Positions 1 to 12,946 of a DNA stretch of 64,000 bases are shown piece after piece. The translations under genes were made by a program, and so were the position numbers. Under the pieces are notes generated by a model that saw nothing but the letters and a program-made list of their open reading frames with translations, was not told the origin of the DNA and did no database searches. The number at the start of each line of letters is the position of its first letter. Within the stretch, counting starts at the first letter, position 1. This DNA is from Tubulanus polymorphus. Taxonomy: Eukaryota > Animalia > Nemertea. The DNA is taken from assembly GCF_964204645.1 (NCBI RefSeq), contig NC_134032.1, forward strand, positions 3,558,175-3,622,174, in the 5' to 3' direction.

Positions 1-26
1 TTAAATCTTTCATTTGTTTGGTTAAA

Positions 27-172
27 TGCCAGTAAATCGCCCCTTAGCCCGACCCTGCCAGTAAACAACCCCATAGCCCGACCCTGCCAGTCAATCGCCC
101 CATAGCCCGATCCTGCCAGTAAATCGCCCCATACCTCACCCTGACAGTAAATCGCCTCATAGCTCACCCTCG
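27..172. repeat. Tandem repeat, ~29-bp unit (tgccagtaaatcgccccatagcccgaccc), ~5 copies
   Basis: Unit read directly and repeated with a few substitutions. Confidence 0.85.
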
Positions 173-505
173 CAGGTACATCGTCGTCCAAAACAGTTCG
201 GTTCTACCAGTCGTACCCTCGGTTTTTGTTGTTAGTAGCCGTCATATTGGCTCCCTCACCGAAGACCATACTATTTTTTCTGACTTATTAATGTAATTTT
301 TCAGACTTCATAAAACGTACAAGTTTCCGATCCATACATTGCTACAGCTCCGGACAAATATTTACCACATGCAGTTTGTCTGAATTTGGCGTGCACATTT
401 TTATTACCGATCATCCGCCGCCCTAGCAATGAGGCTTGTGTGAGGTTGAAAATATTAATATTTTTGCAACAGAAAATAAGTCGGAACAAATTGTTAGATG
501 GAAAA

Positions 506-796
506 GGCCAAGCGCCCCAGCTGCTTGACGTTTATTTGAAAAATTATACCAAAACACGTGACAACCTAATTTGCTGTCACGTACAAAATTACAATATCAT
601 CAATCTAACAAAGAAATACAAAGTCATACAAAACTAACTAGGTCAACCGCCCCAGCTGATTGACCTAGTTTCTGATTTAAACAATTATCGGAAAAAATAC
701 TTCGCGGTCAAAAGCCCATGCTGTTTGACCTATTTATGAATACAAGTAACTACACCACTATTACTAAGAAGTCAAACGCCCCAGCTGTTTGACCTA
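506..796. repeat. Spaced array of ~25-30 bp hairpin motifs (ggtcaa-N13-ttgacc) at ~65-bp periodicity
   Basis: Copies at ~506-530, 638-668, 706-730 and 770-793. A different hairpin (acgtgaca...tgtcacgt) lies at 556-582. Confidence 0.7.
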
Positions 797-1897
797 GTTC
801 GGAGTAAAAAGTCCTCGATTAATCGTAAGTGGGCTAGAAAAATGGGCTAGAAAAGATTAATCGTAAGAGGGCCAACAAATGCCGTAGGCGCAGGTAGGGG
901 ATGGAGGGTGGTAAAATGTTAAACTTTACGCCTGAGTTCCGGAACTGAAAAGGACGTGTTTACTTCGCGTTGATTGGCTGGTTGGCTAATAGCCCGAGGG
1001 CGGCGCCACCGGCTGGTGCTATGTTGCCCGCCGGGAGAAGAACTTCATTTTCTGTCGCAAAAATGCTGATGGGCAACTGGTCATTCGCACATCTTTTGTT
1101 TTAGATTCACTGAATACACTTTTTCCTTAGACTTTTTAAACTTCCTGCAACGAAGCGACGGGCTTTAAGTCGAAAAGCGACTCGACGCCTACCAACGTAA
1201 TTCGCCGGATTATCGTCGATTAGCGGTACTACATAACCCCAGCGTATTCAAACTTCGAAGCATTTTCAAACTTCAAAAGGAAAGATGCCATTGATCGCAA
1301 TTTAAGAATGGCCAGTGACCTACCTGCGTTACCTTTTGAAATCATTCGCCGAAGCTTTTATTATCGGTGATGCAACCAATCACCGGCTACGAATTTGAAG
1401 GGGGTCAGTTAAAAACTAGTGGGTGTTCCTACAAGTCGTCAATACACTTGGGAATTCTACACAGTGTTGAAGTCTCTGTCGCTGGATATTGCACAGATAG
1501 GACACGTATTGGAAAAAGAGAATTTTCATTAGATTGTAACAAACGCAGCTGAGCTGATATGAACTATTTGTTGTAAATACAACTGGATTTTGGCAACAGG
1601 ACACGGAATTAAAAATGACTTCAAAATTGAATAAAAGAAGGATTAAATTGACCTCAGCCTCCATCGCGTTACAAGGTTGCTGTAAGGTAGGTGGAGCATT
1701 TATTTAACATTAGCGGTCGAAATTATGTTTTATAGGTTTAGATTTAGAAAAAAAATAGTTGCGCTTTAGGTTAGGGTTAAGGTTAGGTTTAATTAACAGG
1801 TACCTGTACCCAGTGTTACAGCTTCATGGAAGAACAGACACGCCTACTGATGAAAAACAAGAGCGGTCCGAATTGAATAAGGTAGGACATATTTCAG

Positions 1898-1931
1898 CGT
1901 GGACTTGTCAACTAGAGTTGATACGTCCATG
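1898..1931. mobile_element. 34-bp palindromic mini-element with 7-bp TSD (P-superfamily-like termini)
   Basis: cgtggacttgtcaactagagttgatacgtccatg is flanked on both sides by atttcag (1891-1897, 1932-1938). A related perfect palindrome lies at 38062-38093. Confidence 0.75.
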
Positions 1932-2383
1932 ATTTCAGTGAGAAGAAAAAGACCCCCGGGCCACAGAAGATCGAACCCGAAGTTGAATGATGATGACAGA
2001 GTGGCTTGAAAAATTCAGGTGCGACTTGTATGACATGTCTAATAATTCTCGTAGATAAATAGAATTAATAGAACTTAGTAATAGCTAGTTATGACCCCCA
2101 ATTAAAACATAATTTCAGCCGTTAATTCTTAGGTATTTTGAATATATTTCACAATCATCCACCACCAAACCCCACCCCTTAAAACGAAGCTTCGACAATT
2201 TTTGTGGGTTAAGCGTGACTTTGGTAGCATGATGAATTGACGATTTGGACTTGACAACTTTTTACAAAATACAAGCTACAAAAACGTTAACGCATGTAGA
2301 ACTAGGGAAAGATATAAAACCACGTGACTCTAAACGGGTCAATTATTGCGCGATTTGTTGAGATTCTTGTCGCTAACTCTGTT

Positions 2384-2512
2384 GAGCCATTTTATTTCGA
2401 AGTCTCAACTCGCGCCATTTTATTTCGAAGTCTCATCTCGCGCCATTTTATATAAAGTCTCATCTCGCGCCATTTTATTTTGAAGTCTTATCTCGCGCCA
2501 TTTTAGAAGTCT
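2384..2512. repeat. Tandem repeat, 28-bp unit (cgcgccattttatttcgaagtctcatct), ~4.5 copies
   Basis: Directly visible. Confidence 0.85.
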
Positions 2513-3063
2513 TTTAACGCATCCCAGATGACTCCCAGCATCACTCAAGGGCTGCATTTGATGTTGAATTTTGGGAATTTATTTTAATTTGATGCATTTT
2601 ATTTTGTTGTTGTAATATGTAATATGTATTGTAATATGTATTCTAATATGTATTGTATTATTGTATCATGTATTGTAATATATATTGTAATATGTATTGT
2701 ATTATTGTATCATGTGTGTATTGTATTATCTTGTATTTGTATAATTACCCTGCTCACTCAGATCTCTCTAATTAGAATCAGTTTACCTATAAATATTGTT
2801 GTTTGTACGTTGACTATATTCACTTAGATGTCAGCCTCTATAGTAGTGAAAGCTTGTGCGTCAAATAAACTAGTCACACCTATATTGTACTACTCGTCTT
2901 GTTACATTTATTCTAAACCCGGTTTACACCCCAGGCTCCGCTACGAATTCCTGATTCGGACCTGCTGTCACTGTCGCTGCCATCGTGGACACAGAGGAAA
3001 ACTGGCTGGTTTCGAACCCGTGAAAGCAGCAGGCCCATTTCTCATGGACATTGAGCAAAACTT

Positions 3064-3247
3064 GGTCGGTTGCACAGTCACGGCTTAGACTAAAGACCAG
3101 TCTTAGACCAACTTAGTTCTATAGCCAATCTAACAACTTAAGACCAGTCTAAACTCATTCTAGTTCTATAGCCAATCTGACAACTTAAAACCAGTCTTAT
3201 AGATTTAAGACCACTTTTGGTCTAAGTCACGACTGTGCAACTGGCCC
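3064..3247. mobile_element. MITE with ~33-bp imperfect TIRs (PIF/Harbinger-like GG(G/T)C termini)
   Basis: Left end ggtcggttgcacagtcacggcttagactaaag matches the reverse complement of the right end (gggccagttgcacagtcgtgacttagaccaaaag). Internal ~50-bp duplication. A related fragment lies near 27037-27075. Confidence 0.75.
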
Positions 3248-3547
3248 TGCTGAGAAGTTAACATTCGATTTTTAGCCTTCTTTGACGAAGAGAACTTCAG
3301 TGGGACAATACACAGAACCTGTTTTGGAATTTTCTGCGAAAGCTTCATTTTTCTAGAGGGAAATCAATCAATTTCATCATTTTCGGTAAATACGACGAGA
3401 AATTTTGCCGAAATTGAGAGTATTGAAACAAGCTACACGGCTGTCTAGAATCAGTTAGTTCGGGTTGAAAAATTCGCAGAAAATTCCAAAACATTTTATT
3501 TCTACATCACGAGGAGACTGATATTGACCAGTGACCACGTACGCTGA

Positions 3548-3839
3548 AGGATTCGATTGAACCCACTACGCTAAAGCTGTTCCAAGCGAGTTCGGGGAGC
3601 GATACCGGACCCTGGCAAGCGAGGATGGGCGTACTTCGGTTATCGGAGTTAGTCGACTATAATTGTCGATCTAAGTGAAACCGAATGTAAGTTTAGTCGG
3701 AACTATATTCAGGAACGGAAATTAACCGCTTTCGGTTATTAGTTCCGCCCTGAACACTCATCCTCGCTTGCCAGGGGTCCGGTATCACTCCGGAACTCGC
3801 TTCCAGGGAACAGCTTAAGCGTAGTGAGTTCGAATCCCT
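3548..3839. mobile_element. MITE/foldback element with ~80-bp TIRs
   Basis: Arm ...cactacgctaaagctgttcc...gataccggacccctggcaagcgaggatg is inverted at ~3755-3839 (catcctcgcttgccaggggtccggtatc...gaacagcttaagcgtagtg). Confidence 0.8.
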
Positions 3840-4992
3840 AGACAAGCCGTGCCGAAGATGTTAACATTTTGAGCACCCCATTAATTTGTTGGCAATCCAA
3901 AAAATGAGAACAATATATCAACAGTTTTTCAACTATATGGTGCTGGGGGTAGGGGCTTAAAACTTATACTTCATTGCCCATTCAAACATGTCTCGATTCA
4001 AAAGTTGTGCGAACATACCGGGAATAAAACAGCGGGTTCGTGTTTGTAATTGGAAATCGATAGGATATATCATAGTTGGTTGTTATGTCAAATTCTAATG
4101 GGTTTTTCATTAGACCAAACATATAATTGGCAACTTTCAGCGTAAACGTTCTCCAATGTAATTCAGTTCTGTGGATACATCGTAGGCTGTATTTACATTT
4201 ATTCATTTTTGGAAAAAAAAGATCCACCAGTTGATGACTGGTGAGTGGGTAGCTCGGTTCTGGGCAAAAATCTATTTCAAACAAGAATGAAATTTACCAT
4301 TAAGTTACTTATAAACAACACTGATTGAAAAACGCCCTAAATCTCTTGACCTATTTATTATCTTAACGTTACTCGTACGTACGGTCAAAGTGAGGAATCC
4401 AAAACGAAAGTGTTTGCGAAATAAAAATAAAAGATTAATTTTTTTCTTAAAGCAAAATTCCGCATTCGATTGACATCTTAAAGAGGAAACGAAATATCTT
4501 CTATTAGATATAAAGCAAAGATTTGGCTAAATGTTTCAAACGTGACGGCTTAGAATTTTAACAACTCTAATGATGCGCTGATTATTTACGAGGTCAATTC
4601 ATCTTTTATTTTCATGAACCTGAATGAGCAGGAAAAATAAAAAAATAACAGGTTCAACATCCCACGGTAATTTTGGGCAGTTTGATATTCGCACCACATT
4701 CTTATCCAATTCATAAGAATTTTTCGGTTCCATCATTTCCACGTGTCGTGAATACCCACGCCCGATTATATTTCAGAAATATTCTGATAACTTCGTTCGC
4801 TCAGGTTTTTAAGAAATCAATTTCATGTTTAAAATTCCAATATTTTCTATAGTTTTCAGACGCATCTTGCAGAGAGGGCATGATTTTGGGTGAAATGTGC
4901 GAACTTTAATTGCTCGAACTATTCCTGAGCTTAGATAGGACAACCCGATAATATTTGCCGGATCAAAACGTTTAGGCTGTTTAAAACATTTA

Positions 4993-7900
4993 TTAACGTA
5001 AGCGTTTAGTTTTTGCTCGTATGGATTTCATATCGATAGTCAGTATTGTGTAAAGTAGGGGATTGAGGGACGAGTTGATCGGTAGGAAAAGAACCGCCAG
5101 CCAAGCCGCCACCTGATTCGGTATTTCTACCCGTAATACCGCGCAAAACTGAACGATAATTAACGGCATCCAGCAAAATAAATTACAAAGATTTATCACC
5201 AAACTTCTACGTGCTAAAATCAGTTCGGTAGGGTCAATTCTACCCGATCCAGACCTGCTTCCAGAGACGAGTCTGTACATTTGCGCATAAGTCGTCATTA
5301 TCGTAGCGAGTATGAAGGTGTTGAATACGGCAAAAATTGCGAAGGAATATTGCCAGGCGTTGACGTCAATTGATATTAAATTCATAGGTAAACAAAATCC
5401 AGTTTTTCCGTAGAATTTAATACCAAAATAAGATAATTCTGACAACGGCAATATGGAGATTGTACTTATAGTAACCCAACACACGCCACAAATAATGGAC
5501 ACGTATCTCGGTGATGTAATCGGGCTCCCAGAAAATGGATTAACGATATTTGAAAATCTATGACGTGTTAGAAAGAATAGAAACGTCAACGAGCCTTCGC
5601 AAGAAATAGTGACCGTAACTCCAGCGAAACTGCACAATGAACTGTCCGTCCAAGTTTCAGAATTCAGGAAATAAACTCCTTTAAAAACGTAATCCGCGCC
5701 CGCGATCGAAAACAAATAAATCGACATGAGAAAATCACAAGCTGCGATGTTAATAATTAGGATGTCGGAAGATGTGTTGCGCTTTTCGGAGGACGAAAGT
5801 CGAATTGATCGAAGACGAAATAAAATGACAATTGTGTTTGCGAAGAAACTGAACGCGGCGATGACCCAGATGATAGCTCTGAGGACTGTGTTACCCATCA
5901 GATCAGAACAAGAGGAAAACTGATCGGCTTTAGGAAGGCACCGGTCGACATTCGGAGCCATGCAGCAAAATTTGTAAGCGTCAGACGATAGAGATACTAG
6001 CGATGTCAGATTGATGAAAACTTCTCTTTCTGTGGAAATGAATTGAGAATTGTTGGTTAAATCGAGAATTCTAAGTTTATTTAATCCTGAAAAAGCATAT
6101 CGTGAAATATGATGGATTCTGTTGCTGCTGATATTCAACGACTGTAATGTAGATAAACCTCTAAACACATTTCTACCAAGCAGCAATAACGAAAGCCCTT
6201 GAAGGTTCAGAATTTGTAATGACATTAAATCTCGAAAGGTATTGTCGTCTAAATGGCGTAGTGGATTTGCAGTTATCAATAACTCTTTTAAATTATACAA
6301 ACCGATGAATGTGTTTGTGGATAATGACGTTATGTTGTTGTATGTAAGATCTAATGTATGTAAATTATGCAGGTTTGTGAACGAGTTCGGTAAAATATGA
6401 GACAATTCGTTGGAAGAGATGTTGAGCATTCGAAGATAAACGAATGAAGAAAACGTCGATTCATTGAATCGAAATTCGTTTTTTGACAGAATTAAAACTC
6501 GAGTTGATTCCGAGAAAAGACCAGTAATATTTGTTAAACCGGCATTCGCGCAATCAATCAAATGACCTTGGCATCTACAGCCCATCTGACACGTGACGTT
6601 ACAGAAAGCCTCGTCATCAATTGTGAATTTACAATTTACGACACCATCACAAACTTCAGATTGTGGAATACATCGATTTTCGTGGCCACATTTAAACATT
6701 CCTGGACACGAAAATGTCTCACAGTTTTGTTCATCTTCTGAATTAGGACAATCTGATTGACCATCGCACACCTGTCTGATCGGTATACAGTACGATGCTG
6801 GACATTTTACAGTATCAGCTGGGCATTCAAATTCTTCACATCTCAATACGTGCTCAAGATTTCTACAAACTGGGAAACCATTCGTCATTCTTTCTAGAAT
6901 ACATCTGTGACGTCTTGAATAGCAGTGAGGAGAATTGAAAGAACATCTTTGTTCATCTGATTCCGTACAGAGATTTGTGAAGTTAGTCGTGCAGTAGTTT
7001 TCATTATTGCACTGAACAGTAGGATTCACTGTAATACTAGTTGTTGTTACTAATTCATCTTCTTCGAGGCTTCCACTACAATCCACGACACCATCCTGGT
7101 ACAACTGAGAACTGATACAGTCTCCACTGTTACACTGGAACCCCTGACACAATTCAGTAGTGCATCCCATTTCATCTGATCCGTCTTTACAATCAGTGAC
7201 TCCATCACATCTGTTAGCCATACTGATACATTGACCACTTTTACAGCGAAATCGTTCAGACAAACACGGGGGATGAAAAAAAGATTCCTCATCCGAACCA
7301 TCCACACAATCTTGTACGAAATCACAAAAACCACTTATTGATATCACCAGACCATCATCGCATTGAAACTGACTGTGTAGATTTATATCCGTACAATCGA
7401 TTTCATCTTCACCGTGTTGACAGTCGTGTCTGGTATCACATACGCGATGGTTGCTGATACATCTTTGATCGTTACATTTAAACTGCCGCGATTTACAACC
7501 GCTTATAGAAGCTGACTCGTCATCAGTTACATTGAATGAACACAAAACAGAATGCGCTGTATCTGTCGCATTATCAAAATATTTCATCATCCATTTAACT
7601 GATTGAATATAAGTTATTTCATCTCTAGTGATTATTGGGTTTATAACTTGCAGTCTGTCATTAGACGTTATCGTTAGTACAGAGCCATATTGATGTTGAT
7701 ATTGAAATGCTGTTATCAAATTTAAGATATCTTTTTCAGTATTACTGTTAATACTACCTACTTCGGCCCGGACGCCATTACACATCTCTGTCGCAGTTTT
7801 TATATCAAGACCTCGATGTTTGTTCCATTGCGTCAGTATTTGATAGCATTGTCTGCCTATGCTTACCAAACCAATCGTACAGCTCGATTCATTGAAATCA

Positions 7901-10900
7901 ATATCTTGAAATGTATTTTCCAGTATTAGAAATGTGTCGTTTTTGGTTATATTTAACATTGTTGCTGTTCTATTTTCGTTATCAATCCTTTCCGATTCGC
8001 AAATGAAACTCGTATGAACCTCTTCAATTTTGCAGGGGAATCGAACCCAGTTCGCTGATCCTCGTGGATTATTCAGTATCATCGCCGTGCACGGCATATT
8101 GACGTCATTTATCGGTTGTTTTTTGAGAGGAGATATCAATCCTTGAACAACTTCTGGTATCGTGTCGTTATTTGTAGGTTCATACCACTCTGTGTAGCTC
8201 AATGGTTTCCCATCAGTCCACGTGTAGTAACCAAAAGTAGGCTAAAAGTTTAAGTTGCAAATACATGATTAAAACATCAAAATGGTATATAAAATTCTTT
8301 TAACGAGATGGATTTTAGAAATTAAGAATTTTACCTGCATTTTTAATCCAATCATCATTATGAGCGCTTTCTGTGAATAGGCATTTAGAAGTTCTGTTGC
8401 GAATAATCTTTTGATGGAAATCATTTCCTGTTCTGAGTTGATACTGAGTAGATGTCCCGCATACTTCTGTCTACAGTATATTTCAGCGTTCTCCCAATTC
8501 AGACGTTCATCTCTTATGTATTTTACGCATGAAATTCCCGAATCTAGAAATCCCGATTTACAGACATTTTCAAACTGTTTAACCGGTAACGACTGTTCTA
8601 ATGTGTATTGTATTTGAAATGTAGGGATGAAATGTTTCACCTCAAACCACAGGTTGTCATCTCTTAAACTATAAAACACAAGTCCCGTTATCGCGTTATT
8701 GTCACATATTTTATGCTCATGTGTGATTCTTCTAGTATCCGATTCATATATCGATTGTTTGTAGATTATCGGATCATTGTCTCTTGCACCCGATTTCGTG
8801 CACAGTACCCTGCCTATGTATTTGATTAGAAACCGGTGGTAGGAAAATTTGCCCCGCCTGACCACTACAGGATAGTTATAATATAGCGGTTGATGTTGAT
8901 ACTCAGATGATCCCGGATAATTTGGTGACTGCAACAACCCGCATTCATCTTCGAATACGCTCCCATGCACATACGCTTCTATAACGGCAGATTTCAATTT
9001 TTGACATTTACTCCGAAGTTCAACCATCAAATAATAATTCCAGAATAAACTCGCGGTTCGCATTTTCACAGTGTTTAATACCAGGCTGTTATTGAGCGAC
9101 TGACTACTCAAGCTAACGTACGTACCACATGAACCGAATGGTATAGCACCCTGAAAACATCGGTCGATTTGATATTCGTGTTCTGATAATATGTAAATGT
9201 TTCTCAAAGGTAGGCGTCGGTTTTCGGGTGTTATCACGAGACAGTGTGACGTCATATCGACCTGCTGTTCTCCCTCCCGGAGGATGTACCCGTCACAGTC
9301 GGTAGGACGAAATCTGAGATATGATTCTTTTTCAACGGTCAACTGGTCATTCCACTTATACGCGTATGCTGCTACAGTTACCGACCGACCGGATGTAATC
9401 AGACTGACGACGTTACGGTCGTACGGGGCGTATAAACGAGGACAATACGGACCGTATCGTCTAGCCGTGAAATTACCACCGTCGAATATGTAAAATCCAG
9501 CTCGCTCGCAGTTCTCTGATAAAACTGTTAGTCCCATATTCTCTTCATAAATGTCAACTTTCCATTTAAACTCGTATCTAGTGATGCGATAATTTACCGA
9601 TACTTTTTTTTGTTTCGGAAACAGTGAGTTTGGCGTCAAAAACGGCAACTGGTTCACCTAGAGTTCGTCAATAATAAGTATATCAGACAGATTTTTGATA
9701 ATATATGTTATTTCGGTACGGGGTAACATAATTACAGAGGTTATACTCACCCGACGGTTGTTGACCTTGATATCGTCTATCGAAACAGATTCCATTTTAT
9801 AGCTTATTTCAAATCTTACATCATCGTGAACTGTTGTTTTTAAAACGCACAGTATGACGAGAAAGCCGTCAGATTTGACACTCAGTGATTGCAGGTAGTT
9901 GTGACCGAGTAAAACATCAGTTCCTACAACGCGTAACCCTTCTAGTTTATATACACCAATGACGTCACCGGATGTGACGAGATCACGTGTCCAGTTAAAG
10001 ACGACGTACTGTAACACCTGTCCTGTGATAGACCAGCAGTGTAAGTGTTTTGATCGAGTTGTTACGTGTAAACTGTTGTCATCGGGAATGAGCACCCCCG
10101 ACTCGTTGTTAGAGATTTGAATCAACCGATTAGCGACGTTCCAATCTGATATTTTATACAATTGGACTAAAAGCAGTGATTGCACAGTTGTCTTCCGTAA
10201 AACGAATACAGCTTTGTTTGTTTTAGAATAAAATGATGAAGGTGGATGTCCAGATTGTTGTGGTATTAAAGCGACAGGATCACTGCTGGTGTTCCATCCG
10301 TCGTGGAGTTTAATGGACACCGATGATGATTCCCCAAATCGGTAGAATGTGAAATCGATATCAATTAACGTAAGATTCATCGCATAACCTCGCGGCATCC
10401 CGCTCCACTCAACAAACAACTTGCAATTACGTAATTTATGAATCGCGAATTTATAACCCCGCTCAGCTTTTAGCCGCTCCAATTTTAAATCGAATCTTGA
10501 ACCGTCGTGGAAAATATTTATTTGACTTCGCCCATAACGATAAATGACATAAACGCGACTACCTCGCGCTCCAGCGACTTTACTCCTAAACATCAACGAG
10601 ATCGAATCGTCACGGCGGATTTCATGTTTTCCATCACCGCACAATCTGTTATCGGACTCACTGACGAGAAGGTAGTTATCACTACAGAATATCGACGGCT
10701 CGATATCATGGTAAACTTGGACGTGAAAAGTCCCCGGTAAAGAGCTGTTGATGAACCACCGACATTCAACACCGCGCGATAACGAAGGGTAATTCGGCGA
10801 AACGATGTAACCGGACGTAGAATCTAACGGGTACCACGTATTGTTACAAGACGAACTTACCGTCACAGACGATTCCTCGATAGAGTCTGCTGTGCGATCA

Positions 10901-10980
10901 GCGCGCGCGATGCGAACTTGACAGACGATCAGCGACGCTATAAACAGCGCTCTCAGTCGCCGCTCCATACCGAACAACAT
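4993..10980 (-). CDS. GRL101-like LDLa/LRR G protein-coupled receptor with N-terminal CUB-like and C-type lectin domains, ~1,933 aa; exons 10980-9751, 9657-8335, 8241-4993
   Basis: Three same-frame ORFs are joined by two phase-0 GT..AG introns (9750-9658 GTGAGT..CTCTAG; 8334-8242 GTAAAA..TTTTAG). Splicing restores the CTL motif IGLKMQ|PTFGYYTWTDG. Other motifs: signal peptide, CUB (SGYIVSPNYP..C.W.I), ~7 LDLa-type repeats (C..GSDE), LRRNT plus LRRs (L.LS.N.L), hinge KFCC..SSCSDLM, and 7TM ending NPLLY. Confidence 0.9.
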
Positions 10981-11200
10981 CGACACGATACGAATTATGC
11001 TCGGCTGTCCACAGATTTTGAAGTTCTGTTTATAACTGAACTTTAGATCACCTGTTTAGAACTTTACATGACTGCAGAAATAAAATGTTTGAACCACTCA
11101 GCAATTTAAGGATACGAATAAACTTTTCAGTCCATTATATTTTGCCAAAGGCGATTTTGGTATCATTTACTCGTGTAGTCATTATTTCACGTTTTCCCTG

Positions 11201-11447
11201 ACTCGATGGTATCTATTTCTCAGTAATTACCAGTAATGTGCAACAATTTTAGCTCGTGGATTTGCGCATCGTAGATATCCATGTCCAATTATATTTTGAA
11301 CCTTTCGTCGTTGTAGATACTCGAGGGTATCTATTTCCCAGTAATTACCATCAGTAAATATATGTGCAACAATTTCAGCTCGTGGTTTTACGCATCGTAG
11401 ATACGTATCGATGTCCAATTATTTATTTTGAACCTTTCGTCGTTGTA
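11201..11447. repeat. Two-copy tandem duplication (~120 bp) upstream of the GRL101-like start
   Basis: ctcga(t/g)ggtatctatt...gaacctttcgtcgttgta occurs twice. Confidence 0.8.
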
Positions 11448-11535
11448 CTGCGTGTATATCGAGCACACCAATCTGACTATATTCACGCCTGACAACTACG
11501 AAACTAGCAAACTTACTTAAATCTTATCGACGTCT

Positions 11536-11890
11536 TGGAAAAGTGGTTATAGCGTTCGACTGTGGTAGGCCAGGTCGTGGGGTCGAACCCCGTACATAAC
11601 CGTAGTGTCCGCGGGCGCTTAACACTTATCCGCATCGCCTCTCTCCACCCAGGGGTATGTGGGTACCTGGCCTGACATGACGTTTGAGCGTCTAGTAACT
11701 GCTTGGATGTTATGTTTTTTCCCCAGAGTATTTATGTCTTTAATGTCTTTTTTTACTCATAAATGGTTAGAGTTAAAGGCTGGGGGTAATAATACTGATT
11801 TAATAGCGAGCGCCATTGAACATTGCATCGCAGTGAAAAGGGCGCAATCGAAATTAAATTTTCATAAATTACTATGAAGTACTATTACTA
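11536..11890 (+). mobile_element. tRNA-derived SINE with conserved central domain
   Basis: A-box tggaaaagtgg and B-box gggtcgaaccc. Central ctctctccacccaggggtatgtgggtacc resembles conserved SINE cores (Nin/Deu type, from memory). AT-rich tail. Confidence 0.6.
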
Positions 11891-12946
11891 AATCGGTATT
11901 TTCGCGAGGTATACATTGAGGTAGATACTCTTCGCGAGTTAAATTGAGGAGGGCCCAGTCCGTACGAAAAAAAACTCGCAGATACAAATACAAACTGTTA
12001 TATTTTTGACCACGACTGCCAATGCGTTTGGGACGCATTGGCAGTCGAGTTTGATTAACAATCAATGTATAATCAAACTCGAATACGATTGGTTGCTTTT
12101 AGTGCTAGATACAAAACTTACTGTATGGAAGCCCTGAAACGACATTACGAATTACGTTTTACGTTTTACGAATTATGTTTTACGAATTACGTTTTGGGCA
12201 ACGATTTACCACTACATTTCGGTTCAATTTATGACAAGAGGTCAAGGTTGTAGTGCACTCTCCGTGAATAACAATTAAAAATTGCCACTTGGGTAGCTTA
12301 CAGGCAGGAGGCAGCGCTGTAGTGTGATCGGTTGTAATTTTTTGCCGAATGCTTCCTTAACTGATAACGATGATGGATGACTTTGCAGTCCAAACAATGT
12401 GCTTTCAAATTTAGATATAATTATTAAAAGCTAAGACTTGTTCTGGTCATTTGTTACAATCGCACAATTGTATCCACACCGATATGGAGTCCAATTAAGC
12501 TTTTTTTTATCTCCATGAACCCCGAATAATTTCCAGTTTTGCATCATCGTGTGCCCTTCCTTGCCAAACAGGACAGTGTCAGTGCTTGTAATTTATTAAT
12601 TAATGAATCCGGGACTTTGTATGCAGGCTGAATCTCTATACTTAAAATCATTTGAAATTATCATCAAGTCACTTTTTGACTTCCTAATTCCTCATTATTA
12701 CTCTGATACTAAAAGAATGCATTCGAAACTCCGTCAATTTTACTATTGATATAGTGTTATTTCGAAATGCAAAATAAATTCAGTCAGATTTATTCTATCA
12801 TTCGTCATGATTCGACTTCATTGCAAAGCCTGTGTTTTTCTGAAAACTCATGGAGAAATAGCCAAAAGCATGGAAGCCCTGAAACGACATTACGAATTAC
12901 GTTTTACCAAATACGTTTTACGTTTTACGAATTACAAATTACTAGT

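Noticed and set aside
506-796. Bona fide CRISPR array
   Set aside because: Only four degenerate repeats, spacers partly similar to each other, no cas genes. Kept only as a hairpin array.
1765-1792. Telomeric repeat (ttagggttaaggttagg)
   Set aside because: Only 3-4 degenerate interstitial units, typical of repeat-element interiors.
2610-2830. Cys/Ile/Tyr-rich ORF 2624-2827
   Set aside because: Low-complexity (tgtat)n sequence, not a credible protein.
9658-9660. In-frame TAG between two abutting ORFs, suggesting readthrough or a pseudogene
   Set aside because: The TAG is the acceptor of a 93-nt GTGAGT..TAG intron; splicing removes it.
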